A stretch of DNA of 42,975 nucleotides. It comes from a virus. Its lineage: Duplodnaviria > Heunggongvirae > Uroviricota > Caudoviricetes. Of this stretch, positions 1 through 9,136 are shown in pieces (the first letter of the stretch is position 1; every line of letters begins with the position of its first letter). The notes beneath the pieces were generated by a model. That model worked only from the letters and a program-made list of their open reading frames with translations. It made no database searches and was not told where the DNA came from. The translations under genes were made by a program, and so were the position numbers. Location: the IMG/VR virus record IMGVR_UViG_2663763400_000010, one strand, 5' to 3'.

Positions 1-198
1 ATGGCACTGGACAGTTATGCATCTCCGAATATTATTCCGGAGCTAAGACAACCGAATGCCGCAGCAGGTAAGATCACGCTAGGGGGGCTGGACAGAATGG
101 CTGTTACGCCCAGTGTGAAGAAAAGAAGGCTAAGTATGGTAGAATTTCCATACGCACAGACCTTGTTATCCGACTATACAGCCTGGAAGGCACTATGA
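1..198 (+). CDS. hypothetical protein, probably the 3-prime end of a gene continuing left of the window
   Basis: ORF reaches coordinate 1; its stop overlaps the ATG of the next ORF (ATGA at 195-198), suggesting an operon. No recognisable motif. Confidence 0.3.
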   Translation: MALDSYASPNIIPELRQPNAAAGKITLGGLDRMAVTPSVKKRRLSMVEFPYAQTLLSDYTAWKAL

Positions 199-983
199 CA
201 AATCTACAACTGGAAGAAAGATTTAGGGCGCTTGAGAAAGATTACGATGCGCTCATTTCCACAAAATATACTGCGCAGAACGTTCTCACTCACACTATGG
301 AAACCTATGTTGATTCTGGTAAATATAAAAACTGGATCGCCAGAGTGAAAAAGTTAATAGAGGACAGCTACGGAAAAGAGTCTGATTATTACAATGACTT
401 CAATACTGTAAACAGCAGGTGGTCTTCTAATTACAATACACTGATCAAAAGTTATAAACCGTTGTTTGATGCGGCGAGAGATGATCTTGCGCACTCTGCT
501 GTCAGTACTAATACTCCTCAAGAAGGTTCGCCGCTGAGCCTCGTACTTAATATTCTTAACAGGTTTCCGACCTTTGTTCGCCAGTTAAAGAGGCGGTACA
601 ACGGCCGTGCGCCGCTTGAAGTTAATGATGAGTATGACGTACAGGATTTGATTTATGCACTGCTGACGCTTCATTTTAATGATATTAGGGCGGAAGAGTA
701 TACCCCCAGCTTTGCGGGCGCGGCCTCAAGACAGGACTTTCTTTTGAAAAAAGAGAAAATTGTGATAGAGGTGAAGAAAACCCGTGAATCTCTGGGAGCG
801 GGTAAAGTTGGTGGAGAGTTGCTTATTGATATGGCGCGCTACCGCGCTCACCAAGACTGCGATACGTTGATCTTGTTTGTATATGACCCGGATTGCTACA
901 TAAATAATCCTTTGGGCGTGAAAACCGATCTGGAATCTAAAGACGCGGAAGGAAAAGTGAAGGTTGTTATTGCGCAGTTCTGA
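195..983 (+). CDS. hypothetical protein with C-terminal PD-(D/E)xK-like nuclease signature
   Basis: 262 aa from ATG at 195, translationally coupled to upstream ORF. C-terminal half shows D...ExK spacing (SRQDFLL...IVIEVKK) typical of PD-(D/E)xK nucleases; N-terminal half looks helical. Family not recognised; lower GC than phage structural genes. Confidence 0.45.
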   Translation: MTNLQLEERFRALEKDYDALISTKYTAQNVLTHTMETYVDSGKYKNWIARVKKLIEDSYGKESDYYNDFNTVNSRWSSNYNTLIKSYKPLFDAARDDLAHSAVSTNTPQEGSPLSLVLNILNRFPTFVRQLKRRYNGRAPLEVNDEYDVQDLIYALLTLHFNDIRAEEYTPSFAGAASRQDFLLKKEKIVIEVKKTRESLGAGKVGGELLIDMARYRAHQDCDTLILFVYDPDCYINNPLGVKTDLESKDAEGKVKVVIAQF

Positions 984-1016
984 CACGCTTAAGTGTCACC
1001 TTACAGGATTAGGTTT

Positions 1017-1065
1017 GCGGCCGTGCCAGCAGGACGAGCATGAAAAAGGCCGCTGGCACGGCCGG
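1017..1065. terminator. GC-rich stem-loop between convergent genes (possible bidirectional terminator)
   Basis: GCGGCCGTGCCAGC ...21 nt... GCTGGCACGGCCGG inverted repeat between the stop at 983 and the minus-strand gene ending at 1071. Confidence 0.35.
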
Positions 1066-1070
1066 ATTTG

Positions 1071-1364
1071 TCATCTTTGCCAGGTCAAATCAAAATCTAC
1101 GTGAAAATCCGCAGGCTTAAGCTCGCAACTGCCACCACGCCCAATTAACGACGTTATGTTTACAACGTTTGAACCTGTTGAGATGGCAAGTTGAGTGTCA
1201 TCTGTAAACGTGATGATTAGCATTTCAGTCTGATGAACCTGTACTCCAGTTTTCTGAAAACCAATCTGGACAGATTTCACCGTTTTCCCAACCATTTCAC
1301 GGGCTTGATTGATAGAGTAATTAGCTTCAACTTGTAGGTCATTCCTGAACTTGGGTAGTGTCAT
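1071..1364 (-). CDS. hypothetical small protein (97 aa)
   Basis: Clean ORF with no competing frame; no recognisable motif. Confidence 0.4.
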   Translation of the reverse strand: MTLPKFRNDLQVEANYSINQAREMVGKTVKSVQIGFQKTGVQVHQTEMLIITFTDDTQLAISTGSNVVNITSLIGRGGSCELKPADFHVDFDLTWQR

Positions 1365-1574
1365 TTTACATCCTCTTTAGTGAAGTTTTCGCTATTTAAA
1401 TCAGCAGCATTCCTTTTAAATCACTGGCATGTCAGCAGTGGATAGTCTGAGTGTAACGTCCAGTGAGGGGAATAAATATTGGTCAGACTTTGCACAAAAG
1501 AGCCAACTATCGCGGGCTCTCTCTCATCATGTGCGAAAATTGACCACAATATGAAATCCAGTTCCATTCCGAAA

Positions 1575-2399
<825 letters not shown>

Positions 2400-2495
2400 T
2401 CAATTGACAACTTATAATCCCTACTAGTTAGCATTATGATTTCCAGAGTGAGGAATATAAAAATCTCTGTTTCTGGCACATAACAGCCCTTAAGA

Positions 2496-2555
2496 TCGTA
2501 GCTCGCCATCATGGGGTGTCGGGGGGCGGAGGTTCAAATCCTCTCGTGCCGACCA
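2496..2555 (+). other. 3-prime fragment of a tRNA-Pro(GGG)-like gene (anticodon loop to CCA); att-core-like junction, not an intact tRNA
   Basis: 2509-2555 reads anticodon loop CATGGGGTG (anticodon GGG), variable loop, T-arm GGAGG-TTCAAAT-CCTCT, acceptor 3-prime strand CGTGCCG, discriminator A and CCA, matching recalled enterobacterial proL. Only degenerate similarity at 2496-2508, and no 5-prime acceptor strand (CGGCACG) or D-arm upstream. Confidence 0.6.
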
Positions 2556-2568
2556 AAAATCCCTTAAG

Positions 2569-2597
2569 AACCAGCCTATTATGGCTGGTTTTTTTAT
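2569..2597 (+). terminator. Rho-independent terminator just 3-prime of the tRNA fragment
   Basis: AACCAGCC-TATTAT-GGCTGGTT hairpin followed by a run of T. Confidence 0.6.
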
Positions 2598-2735
2598 GAT
2601 TGTTTTTTATGCGGAGAAATACCGGGGAATAATTGGGGTAAAACACCTTTAGGCTATTCACTTAGCCTACCACCATCAAAATCTTTCCGAATGTATCCAT
2701 CTCTTTTTTCTTATGCAGCTAAAACGAAGTCTTGA

Positions 2736-2755
2736 TACTGTTTATTTACACAGAT
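2736..2755 (+). promoter_or_regulatory. LexA (SOS) box, perfect CTGT-N8-ACAG
   Basis: TACTGTTTATTTACACAGAT about 45 bp upstream of the dinI-like ATG. Confidence 0.55.
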
Positions 2756-2763
2756 AAGAATAA

Positions 2764-2783
2764 TACTGTCTACAAACGCAGTA
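2764..2783 (+). promoter_or_regulatory. second, weaker LexA-like box (CTGT-N8-GCAG)
   Basis: TACTGTCTACAAACGCAGTA with one mismatch to consensus, directly upstream of the dinI-like ATG. Confidence 0.4.
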
Positions 2784-2796
2784 CAAAAGAAGTGTT

Positions 2797-3044
2797 ATGC
2801 GTATTGAGATCTCCATAGCCAAAGACAAAATGACCAAATGCCAAACGGCGCTGTGGACGCGTTAAAGGAAGAATTAACCCAACACATTGGCAAGCGTTAT
2901 GACGATGTGGAGATGATCGTAAAAGCCACCAGCAACGATAGTTTTTCAGTTAGACATACTGCAGATAAAGATTGAGCTAAAACTTTCGTTCAGGAAACTC
3001 TGAATGATACCTGAGAGTCTACTGAAGAGTTGTTTGTTCACTAG
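2797..3044 (+). pseudogene. dinI-like gene, apparently disrupted (frameshift in an A-run plus two in-frame TGA codons)
   Basis: Frame A encodes [14 protein letters not shown] then stops; the +1 frame continues [71 protein letters not shown]. Together these resemble DinI (MRIEVTIAK...IDAL...LQETWES). Short enough to be missing from the ORF track. Confidence 0.5.
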
Positions 3045-3399
3045 TTAGCACGTAGGAAATCATTCAATACTCGCACTATCGGAAGTTCACCAGCCAGTCG
3101 TAGCACGTCCTTGCAAACGACGTGCCTACGGTTTCAATCACCTCTCACCATCAATTCTATCAATAATAATTAAACAGCGCCTAGACAAAATAAATAACAA
3201 CAAGTCAACAACCTCGACAGGATGCCGATGGGATGATGAAGAGATAAGAAAGAATAACCAGTAAAGCCCTAAAACGTCAGCGTTCAGACGCGTTTTTTAC
3301 TTAATCGGTAACAAATACGTTGTATCATAGCAAAATAAAATGATTGTTCTAAATCAGATTAACTCCTCACTTTTGTACAATGTCGCTTACAGGTATACC

Positions 3400-3699
3400 A
3401 TGAAATCCGAGACGCTAACTGTCCAACAACTTTTTCAAGACCGCCGACAATACTGTGTTCCATTCTATCAACGTGCCTATGTATGGACTCAGCAAGACCA
3501 GTGGTCAGCTCTACTGGAGGATATCCTAGAGAAAGTACAATCCCGGCTCTCGGGTACAAAACCAACTCCCCATTTCCTTGGTGCGGTTGTACTGGAACCT
3601 CAATCAAAAAAAGGATTATTAGGTGTAGATTCCATACATATTATTGATGGTCAGCAACGATTGACCACTCTTCAATATGTTCTGGCATCCATCCGATTA
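3400..3699 (+). pseudogene. GmrSD-family type IV restriction-like gene, N-terminal fragment (DUF262-type), truncated by IS2
   Basis: Contains FYQRAYVW and [11 protein letters not shown] (DGQQR) motifs of the DUF262/ParB-like domain. ATG at 3400 preferred over the ORF track start at 3340. The frame runs straight into the IS2 left end, where a stop is supplied by the IS. Confidence 0.65.
3695..3699. repeat. IS2 target site duplication, left copy (GATTA)
   Basis: Identical 5-bp GATTA directly abuts both IS2 ends (3695-3699 and 5031-5035). Confidence 0.8.
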
Positions 3700-3790
3700 T
3701 AGACTGGCCCCCTGAATCTCCAGACAACCAATATCACTTAAATAAGTGATAGTCTTAATACTAGTTTTTAGACTAGTCATTGGAGAACAG

Positions 3791-4156
3791 ATGATTGATG
3801 TCTTAGGGCCGGAGAAACGCAGACGGCGTACTACACAGGAAAAGATCGCTATCGTTCAGCAGAGCTTTGAACCGGGAATGACGGTCTCCCTTGTTGCCCG
3901 GCAACATGGTGTGGCAGCCAGCCAGCTATTTCTCTGGCGTAAGCAATACCAGGAGGGAAGTCTTACTGCTGTGGCTGCCGGAGAACAGGTCGTTCCTGCC
4001 TCTGAACTTGCTGCCGCCATGAAGCAGATTAAAGAACTCCAGCGTCTGCTCGGCAAAAAAACGATGGAAAATGAACTCCTTAAAGAAGCCGTTGAATATG
4101 GGCGAGCAAAAAAGTGGATAGCGCACGCGCCCTTATTGCCCGGGGATGGGGAGTAA
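3791..4156 (+). CDS. insC: IS2 transposase OrfA (InsC)
   Basis: [41 protein letters not shown]..., 121 aa, HTH transposase OrfA. ATG at 3791 rather than the upstream alternative start in the ORF track. Confidence 0.85.
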
Positions 4157-5019
4157 GCTTCGTCAGCCGTTGTCTCCGGGTGTCGCGTGCGCAGTTGCAC
4201 GTCATTCTCAGACGAGCCGATGACTGGAAGGACGGCCGCCGCAGCCGTCACACGGATGATACGGATGTGCTTCGCCGTATACACCATGTTATCGGAGAGC
4301 TACCCACATATGGTTATCGTCGGGTATGGGCGCTGCTTCGCAGACAAACAGAACTTGATGGTATGCCTGCGATCAATGCCAAACGTGTTTACCGGATCAT
4401 GCGCCAGAATGCGCTGTTGCTTGAGCGAAAACCCGCTGTACCGCCATCGAAACGGGCACATACCGGCAGAGTGGCTGTGAAAGAAAGTAATCAGCGATGG
4501 TGCTCTGACGGGTTTGAGTTCCGCTGTGATAACGGAGAAAAACTGCGGGTCACGTTCGCGCTGGACTGCTGTGACCGTGAGGCACTGCACTGGGCGGTCA
4601 CAACGGGTGGCTTCGACAGTGAAACAGTACAGGACGTCATGCTGGGAGCAGTGGAACGCCGCTTTGGCAGCGAGCTTCCGGCGTCTCCAGTGGAGTGGCT
4701 GACGGATAATGGTTCATGCTACCGGGCGAATGAAACACGTCAGTTCGCCAGGATGTTGGGACTTGAACCGAAGAACACGGCAGTGCGGAGTCCGGAGAGT
4801 AACGGAATAGCAGAGAGCTTCGTGAAAACGATAAAGCGTGACTACATAAGTATCATGCCCAAACCAGACGGGTTAACGGCAGCAAAGAACCTTGCAGAGG
4901 CGTTCGAGCATTATAACGAATGGCATCCGCATAGTGCGCTGGGTTATCGCTCGCCACGGGAATATCTGCGGCAGTGGGCCAGTGATGGGTTAAGTGATAA
5001 CAGGTGTCTGGAAATATAG
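4114..5019 (+). CDS. insD: IS2 transposase OrfB (InsD), DDE catalytic domain; made as OrfAB fusion by -1 frameshift
   Basis: 301-aa ORF overlapping insC in the -1 frame; A-AAA-AAG heptamer at about 4108-4114. Confidence 0.85.
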
Positions 5020-5030
5020 GGGCAAATCCA

Positions 5031-5035
5031 GATTA
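5031..5035. repeat. IS2 target site duplication, right copy (GATTA)
   Basis: See left copy. Confidence 0.8.
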
Positions 5036-6625
5036 GCATTACGTGCTACGGATCTTTCCAGCTTAGAGGCTCTCATTTCGCCTTGCCTGAAAAACTCAAA
5101 CGAAGACACAATGCGAAATAAAGAAGTAGAACGCTTCAAACTGTGGCCAACTTTTCGGGATCAAACTCATTTTATTCAAAGTTTTAATGTTGAAAATATT
5201 GACGATCTCCGGGACGTATTCTCTGATAGTTTCACGCAGCATGGTACGTTGCGTAAGCATTTTAATCACCCGCCATCACTAGAAGCATTATGTTTTTTTA
5301 CTGAAGCCTTTATAAAATGGATTAAAATAGAAAACCACTCACCACAAGAAAATGCTGTAGCTCTAATTGAGGCTGTCTTAACAGATCTGAAACTGGTAAG
5401 CATATTTCTCGAAGCTGAAGATGATGCCCAAATAATTTTTGAAACATTAAATGGGCGAGGGGCGGAACTTCATGCTACGGATCTTATTCGCAACTATATC
5501 TTTATGTGCGCTGAGCATGAAAATATTAATGCTATTGAATTATATGAAAATGAGTGGAAGAGCTTTGAAGATAAATACTGGTCGGAAAAACAACGCCGTG
5601 GACGTATTAATAAACCACGCATGGAGTGGCTAGTACATGCGACATTGCAATCAGAAAGGCAACGTGAAATTGATCTGTCTCGCCTTTACAATGAGTATCG
5701 TGATTATGTAAGTAAGGACTTGTCTTCACAACGAGCAGATCTGCAAGTAAAGCGCCTCAAACAATATGCATCACAATATAAAGAATTGGTTGATGGTTTT
5801 GGCACAACCCCCATCTCACACTTTGGATATCGCATCGCAGACTATGATGTGACGACACTTTATCCGCTTGCTTTGTTCATTTCGATAGCTAACATCGCTG
5901 ATGATGAGAAAGCAGCCATGTATAATGATCTTGTCTCCTACGTAGTACGAAGAGCCGTATGTGGCCTGACGCCAAAGAATTACAACAATGTATTTATGAA
6001 TGTATTGCGGCACTTGGCTAAAACGGAAATTTCCAGTGTTGAGTTACGTAATATCCTCAATAACTTAAATGGCGAAGCCTCACGTTGGCCTGGTGACTCA
6101 GAATTTCTCAACGCTTGCATCAATGCTCCACTTTATCCTGGCAGGCTCGACGCACCGAAAATGCGCTCAATGTTAACGGAACTTGAAAGAGAACTTTGTC
6201 GCCAAGTAAAGACAGAAAAGCCTGATGTTCCAAATCTTTCTAATCTCGATATCGATCATCTTATGCCTCAAAGTTGGTATTCCTGTTGGCCTCTCGAAAA
6301 TGGTCGTATGGTGACAAATTCAGATGCTACGGTATTGAACCAAATTGTTCTGTCTGGAACCGATCTTACCCCTGAACAGCTACTGGTAAGGAAACGGCAA
6401 CAAGCGATATCTACTTTGGGAAATCTAACTTTGCTTAACCTTAGCGTAAACCGTTCTGTTCAGAATGCTGTATTTCTGAAAAAACGTGATGCTCTCATCG
6501 TCCACACCAATCTACGACTGAACATTCCACTTATAGTTAAGGATAAATGGGATGAGGATGAAATCCTGGAGCGGGGTAAAAAGTTGGGGGAAATTGCATT
6601 GAAAGTATGGCCAAAACACGATTAA
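5036..6625 (+). pseudogene. GmrSD-family type IV restriction-like gene, C-terminal fragment (DUF1524/HNH-like), downstream of IS2
   Basis: Same frame as the N-terminal fragment once IS2 and one GATTA copy are removed (...ASIRL | ALRATDLSS...). C-terminal region has LDIDHLMPQSW ... NLTLLNLSVNRS, the His-Me finger-like motif of DUF1524. The ORF track start at 4994 lies inside IS2 and is an artefact. Confidence 0.65.
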
Positions 6626-6720
6626 TGCAATTAATAAAATGATTATAGTGGCCTTACATTAGTAAGGCCGCTACTCACTATTAAATACTTTAATTTGCAT
6701 CAAGAACAGCAGTGTCAGCC

Positions 6721-6849
6721 CTAGGTCTCGGACTTTGTACCGCTTATCTTGTCTTCAAAAATCAGCTCGCATCCTGCACAGTTCAGCGCATTACGTTGTA
6801 GATCTGTGTTCTGGTCATTTGTTGACACACGTACATAGCCAATAAGCAT
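6721..6849 (-). pseudogene. pin: truncated Pin/Gin/Hin-family serine DNA invertase (first 42 codons only)
   Basis: Minus-strand translation MLIGYVRVSTNDQNTDLQRNALNCAGCELIFEDKISGTKSET then TAG; near-identical to recalled invertase N-termini (MLIGYVRVSTNDQNTDLQRNAL...). No invertase-like sequence in any frame downstream. Below the ORF track length cutoff. Confidence 0.7.
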
Positions 6850-6875
6850 GGTAGATCTCCCTGACAAAAGCAGGA

Positions 6876-7370
6876 ATGATGCCATTTGCTCGTTATTTCT
6901 GCATTTTCATAAACGTTGGTTTGGGAGAAGGCTCTGCATTACCTGTTGGTGTGCCTGTTCCATGGCCTTCAGCCACACCGCCAACAGGCTGGCTGAAATG
7001 CAACGGTGCGGCTTTTTCTGCTGAAGAATACCCGGAACTGGCAAAGGCTTATCCGACAAATAAATTGCCTGATTTACGTGGTGAGTTTATTCGTGGCTGG
7101 GATGATGGGCGCGGCGTTGATTCAAGGCGTGCGGTGCTGTCAACACAAGAGCCAACTGTAGGTACTTTTTATGTGGAGCTAGCTATCATCTCGGGAACTT
7201 TGAGCGGCTCAGGTGCTAAATTTACCGATTCAGTAGGGATTGGATCAACCAGTAGTAACATTACCGTTAGCAACGGTAATGACCAGTCCGTGTCGGGTAC
7301 AGTGGCCGTTAACCCCGTCGGTACCCGTCCACGCAACATTGCATTTAACTATATCGTGAGAGCAGCATAA
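6876..7370 (+). CDS. silent alternative tail-fibre C-terminal cassette (would be fused to the fibre N-terminus after inversion)
   Basis: No credible independent start; from 6930 encodes GSALPVGVPVPWPSATPPTGWLKCNGAAFSAEEYPELAKAYPTNKLPDLRGEFIRGWDDGRGVDSRR, typical of phage tail-fibre C-terminal (collar-type) domains. Reading frame is continuous through the crossover site. Confidence 0.55.
   Translation: MMPFARYFCIFINVGLGEGSALPVGVPVPWPSATPPTGWLKCNGAAFSAEEYPELAKAYPTNKLPDLRGEFIRGWDDGRGVDSRRAVLSTQEPTVGTFYVELAIISGTLSGSGAKFTDSVGIGSTSSNITVSNGNDQSVSGTVAVNPVGTRPRNIAFNYIVRAA
6904..6929. other. 26-bp invertase crossover site (gix/pix-like), invertase-proximal copy
   Basis: TTTTCATAAACG-TT-GGTTTGGGAGAA; its reverse complement matches the site at 8831-8856 at 21 of 26 positions (first 14 identical) and each site is an imperfect palindrome. 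Confidence 0.65.
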
Positions 7371-7972
7371 TGGATAAAGCAATATTAAATAGTGGACTTG
7401 TTGCTACAAAGGCAGGGGATATTACCGTTTATAACTATGATGGTGAAACTCGGGAATATATTTCCACTTCAAGTGAATATCTTGCCGTTGGTGTTGGTAT
7501 CCCGGCATATTCCTGTCTGGATGCACCAGGTATACATAAGGCGGGTTATGCTATCTGTCGTTCTGTGAATTTAAATTCATGGGAATATGTGCCAGACCAT
7601 CGCGGTGAAATCGTCTATAACACCGAAACGGGAGAATCAAAACAAATCACAGCACCGGGTGATTACCCCGAAAATACAACCACTATTGCCCCATTAACGC
7701 CATACGATAAATGGGATGGTGAGAAATGGGTGACCGATACTGAGGCACAGCATAGCGCCGCAGTAGACGCGGCAGAAGCACAGCGTCAGTCACTGATTGA
7801 TGCTGCAATGGCTTCCATCGGTCTGATTCAGCTGAAATTACAGGCCGGACGGAAGCTGATGCAGGCAGAAACAACCCGGCTTAACGCTGTGCTGGATTAC
7901 ATTGACGCGGTGACGGCAACAAATACCAGCACAGCGCCGGATGTCATCTGGCCTGAACTGCCGGAGGCGTAG
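7370..7972 (+). CDS. tail fibre assembly protein (partner of the silent cassette)
   Basis: 200 aa; C-terminus ...DYIDAVTATNTSTAPDVIWPELPEA is the conserved tail-fibre-assembly (Tfa) C-terminal region; start codon overlaps the cassette stop. Confidence 0.65.
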   Translation: MDKAILNSGLVATKAGDITVYNYDGETREYISTSSEYLAVGVGIPAYSCLDAPGIHKAGYAICRSVNLNSWEYVPDHRGEIVYNTETGESKQITAPGDYPENTTTIAPLTPYDKWDGEKWVTDTEAQHSAAVDAAEAQRQSLIDAAMASIGLIQLKLQAGRKLMQAETTRLNAVLDYIDAVTATNTSTAPDVIWPELPEA

Positions 7973-8387
7973 GCCATTCAATATCTGGCGCACAGGAAGT
8001 ATCGACCAGTTCCAGTGCGTCCAGATAATCCAGCCACGAATTATATTGCGCCAGTTCCTCGCCTTTCAGACGACCAATAGCAGCTTTGCCAGGCCACTGA
8101 TGGGTATTGATGTAGGTATTGACTTCTGAAACCAAAGATATTTTTTTCATTTCAGCCGTCAACACCTCATCCTCTTTTGAAGGGGGTGGGGAATTAATCC
8201 ATACTGGCCGTCCTGAACTGTCAGCGCCAATTTCTTTCCCTTCTGGATGCAGACCAAGAAATTGCTCATATGTTTCTCTGGTAATTTCAATAACATCATC
8301 AGGAAGCGTTCCCGCATCCTCATATTCTGGAAACAATTCTTGCAGATAAAAACTTTTACTTCCGGGTGAAAAGAATACTGAGTTCAT
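7944..8387 (-). CDS. tail fibre assembly protein (expressed orientation)
   Basis: 147 aa; C-terminus ...DYLDALELVDTSCAPDIEWPTPPAVQAR is Tfa-like; immediately downstream of the fibre gene. Confidence 0.7.
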   Translation of the reverse strand: MNSVFFSPGSKSFYLQELFPEYEDAGTLPDDVIEITRETYEQFLGLHPEGKEIGADSSGRPVWINSPPPSKEDEVLTAEMKKISLVSEVNTYINTHQWPGKAAIGRLKGEELAQYNSWLDYLDALELVDTSCAPDIEWPTPPAVQAR

Positions 8388-8389
8388 TA

Positions 8390-9133
8390 TTACCGTCCAA
8401 TGATTAACGCTGAGACGCTGGTATCTGAAGGAAAGGCTGCATTCAGTGGTTTGTCGACTTTGAACACAATCGTATTATTCCCCCTGACAGCGGCAAAAGA
8501 ACAAACCGCCGTCGCGTATGAACCTGTAATATTACTGGATACACCACCATAAGCTGTTGTTGATACCAGAGGGATAACGCCCAGCACCTTATTAGGAAAT
8601 ACAAAGGGCAATGTGGCTGTGGCAATATAAGACTTATTAGAACCTGTGATGGCATAAGCATTATCAGTCATTCCATTCATCGCCACTGGGCCGCTTATAC
8701 TTACAGTAACCATCTGAATGATTAGCCCGTCAGGTTGACGAATCACAAAATTTCCATTGCCACCAGTAACCGTCCAGAAAGACATATCAGGGATTTGGTT
8801 TTCCCCGTTGCCCACATTCCGTTTTGCCGCTTCTCCCAAACCAAGGTTTTCGAGAGCCGTTTTCACCGTGCCGTCCGATTTGATATCGCTAAACGGATTC
8901 TTGCGGCTTAACAGCAGCGCACGAAGCGCGGTAAGCAGCTGGTCGTGCCGCGCCTTCTCCAGACTGGCACCGGATGCCTCCACCACGCTGCAGAGTTCTT
9001 CCTGCAACATGTCAAAGTAGTCATCATCCAGATCGGTGGCAGGCGTGCCTGTCTGGGGGTTACCACGGGTAAAACCGTTCTTACCCGCGCCGAACTTATC
9101 CTTCTGCGCGGTTTTCGTGTCTATACGATGCAT
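8390..9133 (-). CDS. tail fibre protein (constant N-terminus plus current variable C-terminus)
   Basis: N-terminus [47 protein letters not shown]... is the conserved side-tail-fibre N-terminal domain; crossover site lies at ...ALENLGLGE. Confidence 0.75.
   Translation of the reverse strand: MHRIDTKTAQKDKFGAGKNGFTRGNPQTGTPATDLDDDYFDMLQEELCSVVEASGASLEKARHDQLLTALRALLLSRKNPFSDIKSDGTVKTALENLGLGEAAKRNVGNGENQIPDMSFWTVTGGNGNFVIRQPDGLIIQMVTVSISGPVAMNGMTDNAYAITGSNKSYIATATLPFVFPNKVLGVIPLVSTTAYGGVSSNITGSYATAVCSFAAVRGNNTIVFKVDKPLNAAFPSDTSVSALIIGR
8831..8856. other. 26-bp invertase crossover site inside the tail-fibre gene
   Basis: TTCTCCCAAACC-AA-GGTTTTCGAGAG, inverted relative to 6904-6929. Confidence 0.65.
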
Positions 9134-9136
9134 GGA

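Larger units (their letters stand above)
3700..5030 (+). mobile_element. IS2: IS2 insertion sequence (IS3 family), complete, 1331 bp
   Basis: Left end TAGACTGGCCCCCTGAATCTCCAGACAACC and right end GTGTCTGGAAATATAGGGGCAAATCCA match recalled IS2 terminal repeats. Contains insC/insD with an A-AAA-AAG slippery site and is flanked by a 5-bp direct repeat. Confidence 0.9.
6904..8856. other. invertible tail-fibre segment (G/P-segment-like) bounded by inverted crossover sites
   Basis: Two inverted 26-bp sites flank a segment holding two divergent fibre C-terminus plus assembly-chaperone cassettes; both sites lie in-frame at the GLGE codons of the fibre constant/variable junction. Confidence 0.6.

Noticed and set aside
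726-986. 86-aa minus-strand ORF inside the 195-983 gene
   Set aside because: Fully embedded antisense ORF; the plus-strand gene is longer and translationally coupled to its upstream neighbour.
2474-2555. Possible intact tRNA-Pro gene
   Set aside because: Only the anticodon-loop-to-CCA part matches; the expected 5-prime acceptor strand (CGGCACG) and D-arm are absent, so the stretch cannot fold into a cloverleaf. Called as a 3-prime fragment / att core instead.
4187-4702. Several 60-100 aa ORFs inside IS2 on both strands (4187-4480, 4300-4590, 4514-4702, 3856-4287, 3926-4126)
   Set aside because: They overlap the well-defined insC/insD frames of IS2 and are shadow ORFs.
4994-5035. N-terminal 14 codons of the 543-aa ORF (start at 4994)
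   Set aside because: This start lies inside the IS2 right end; the real coding sequence resumes at 5036 in frame with the gene fragment upstream of IS2.
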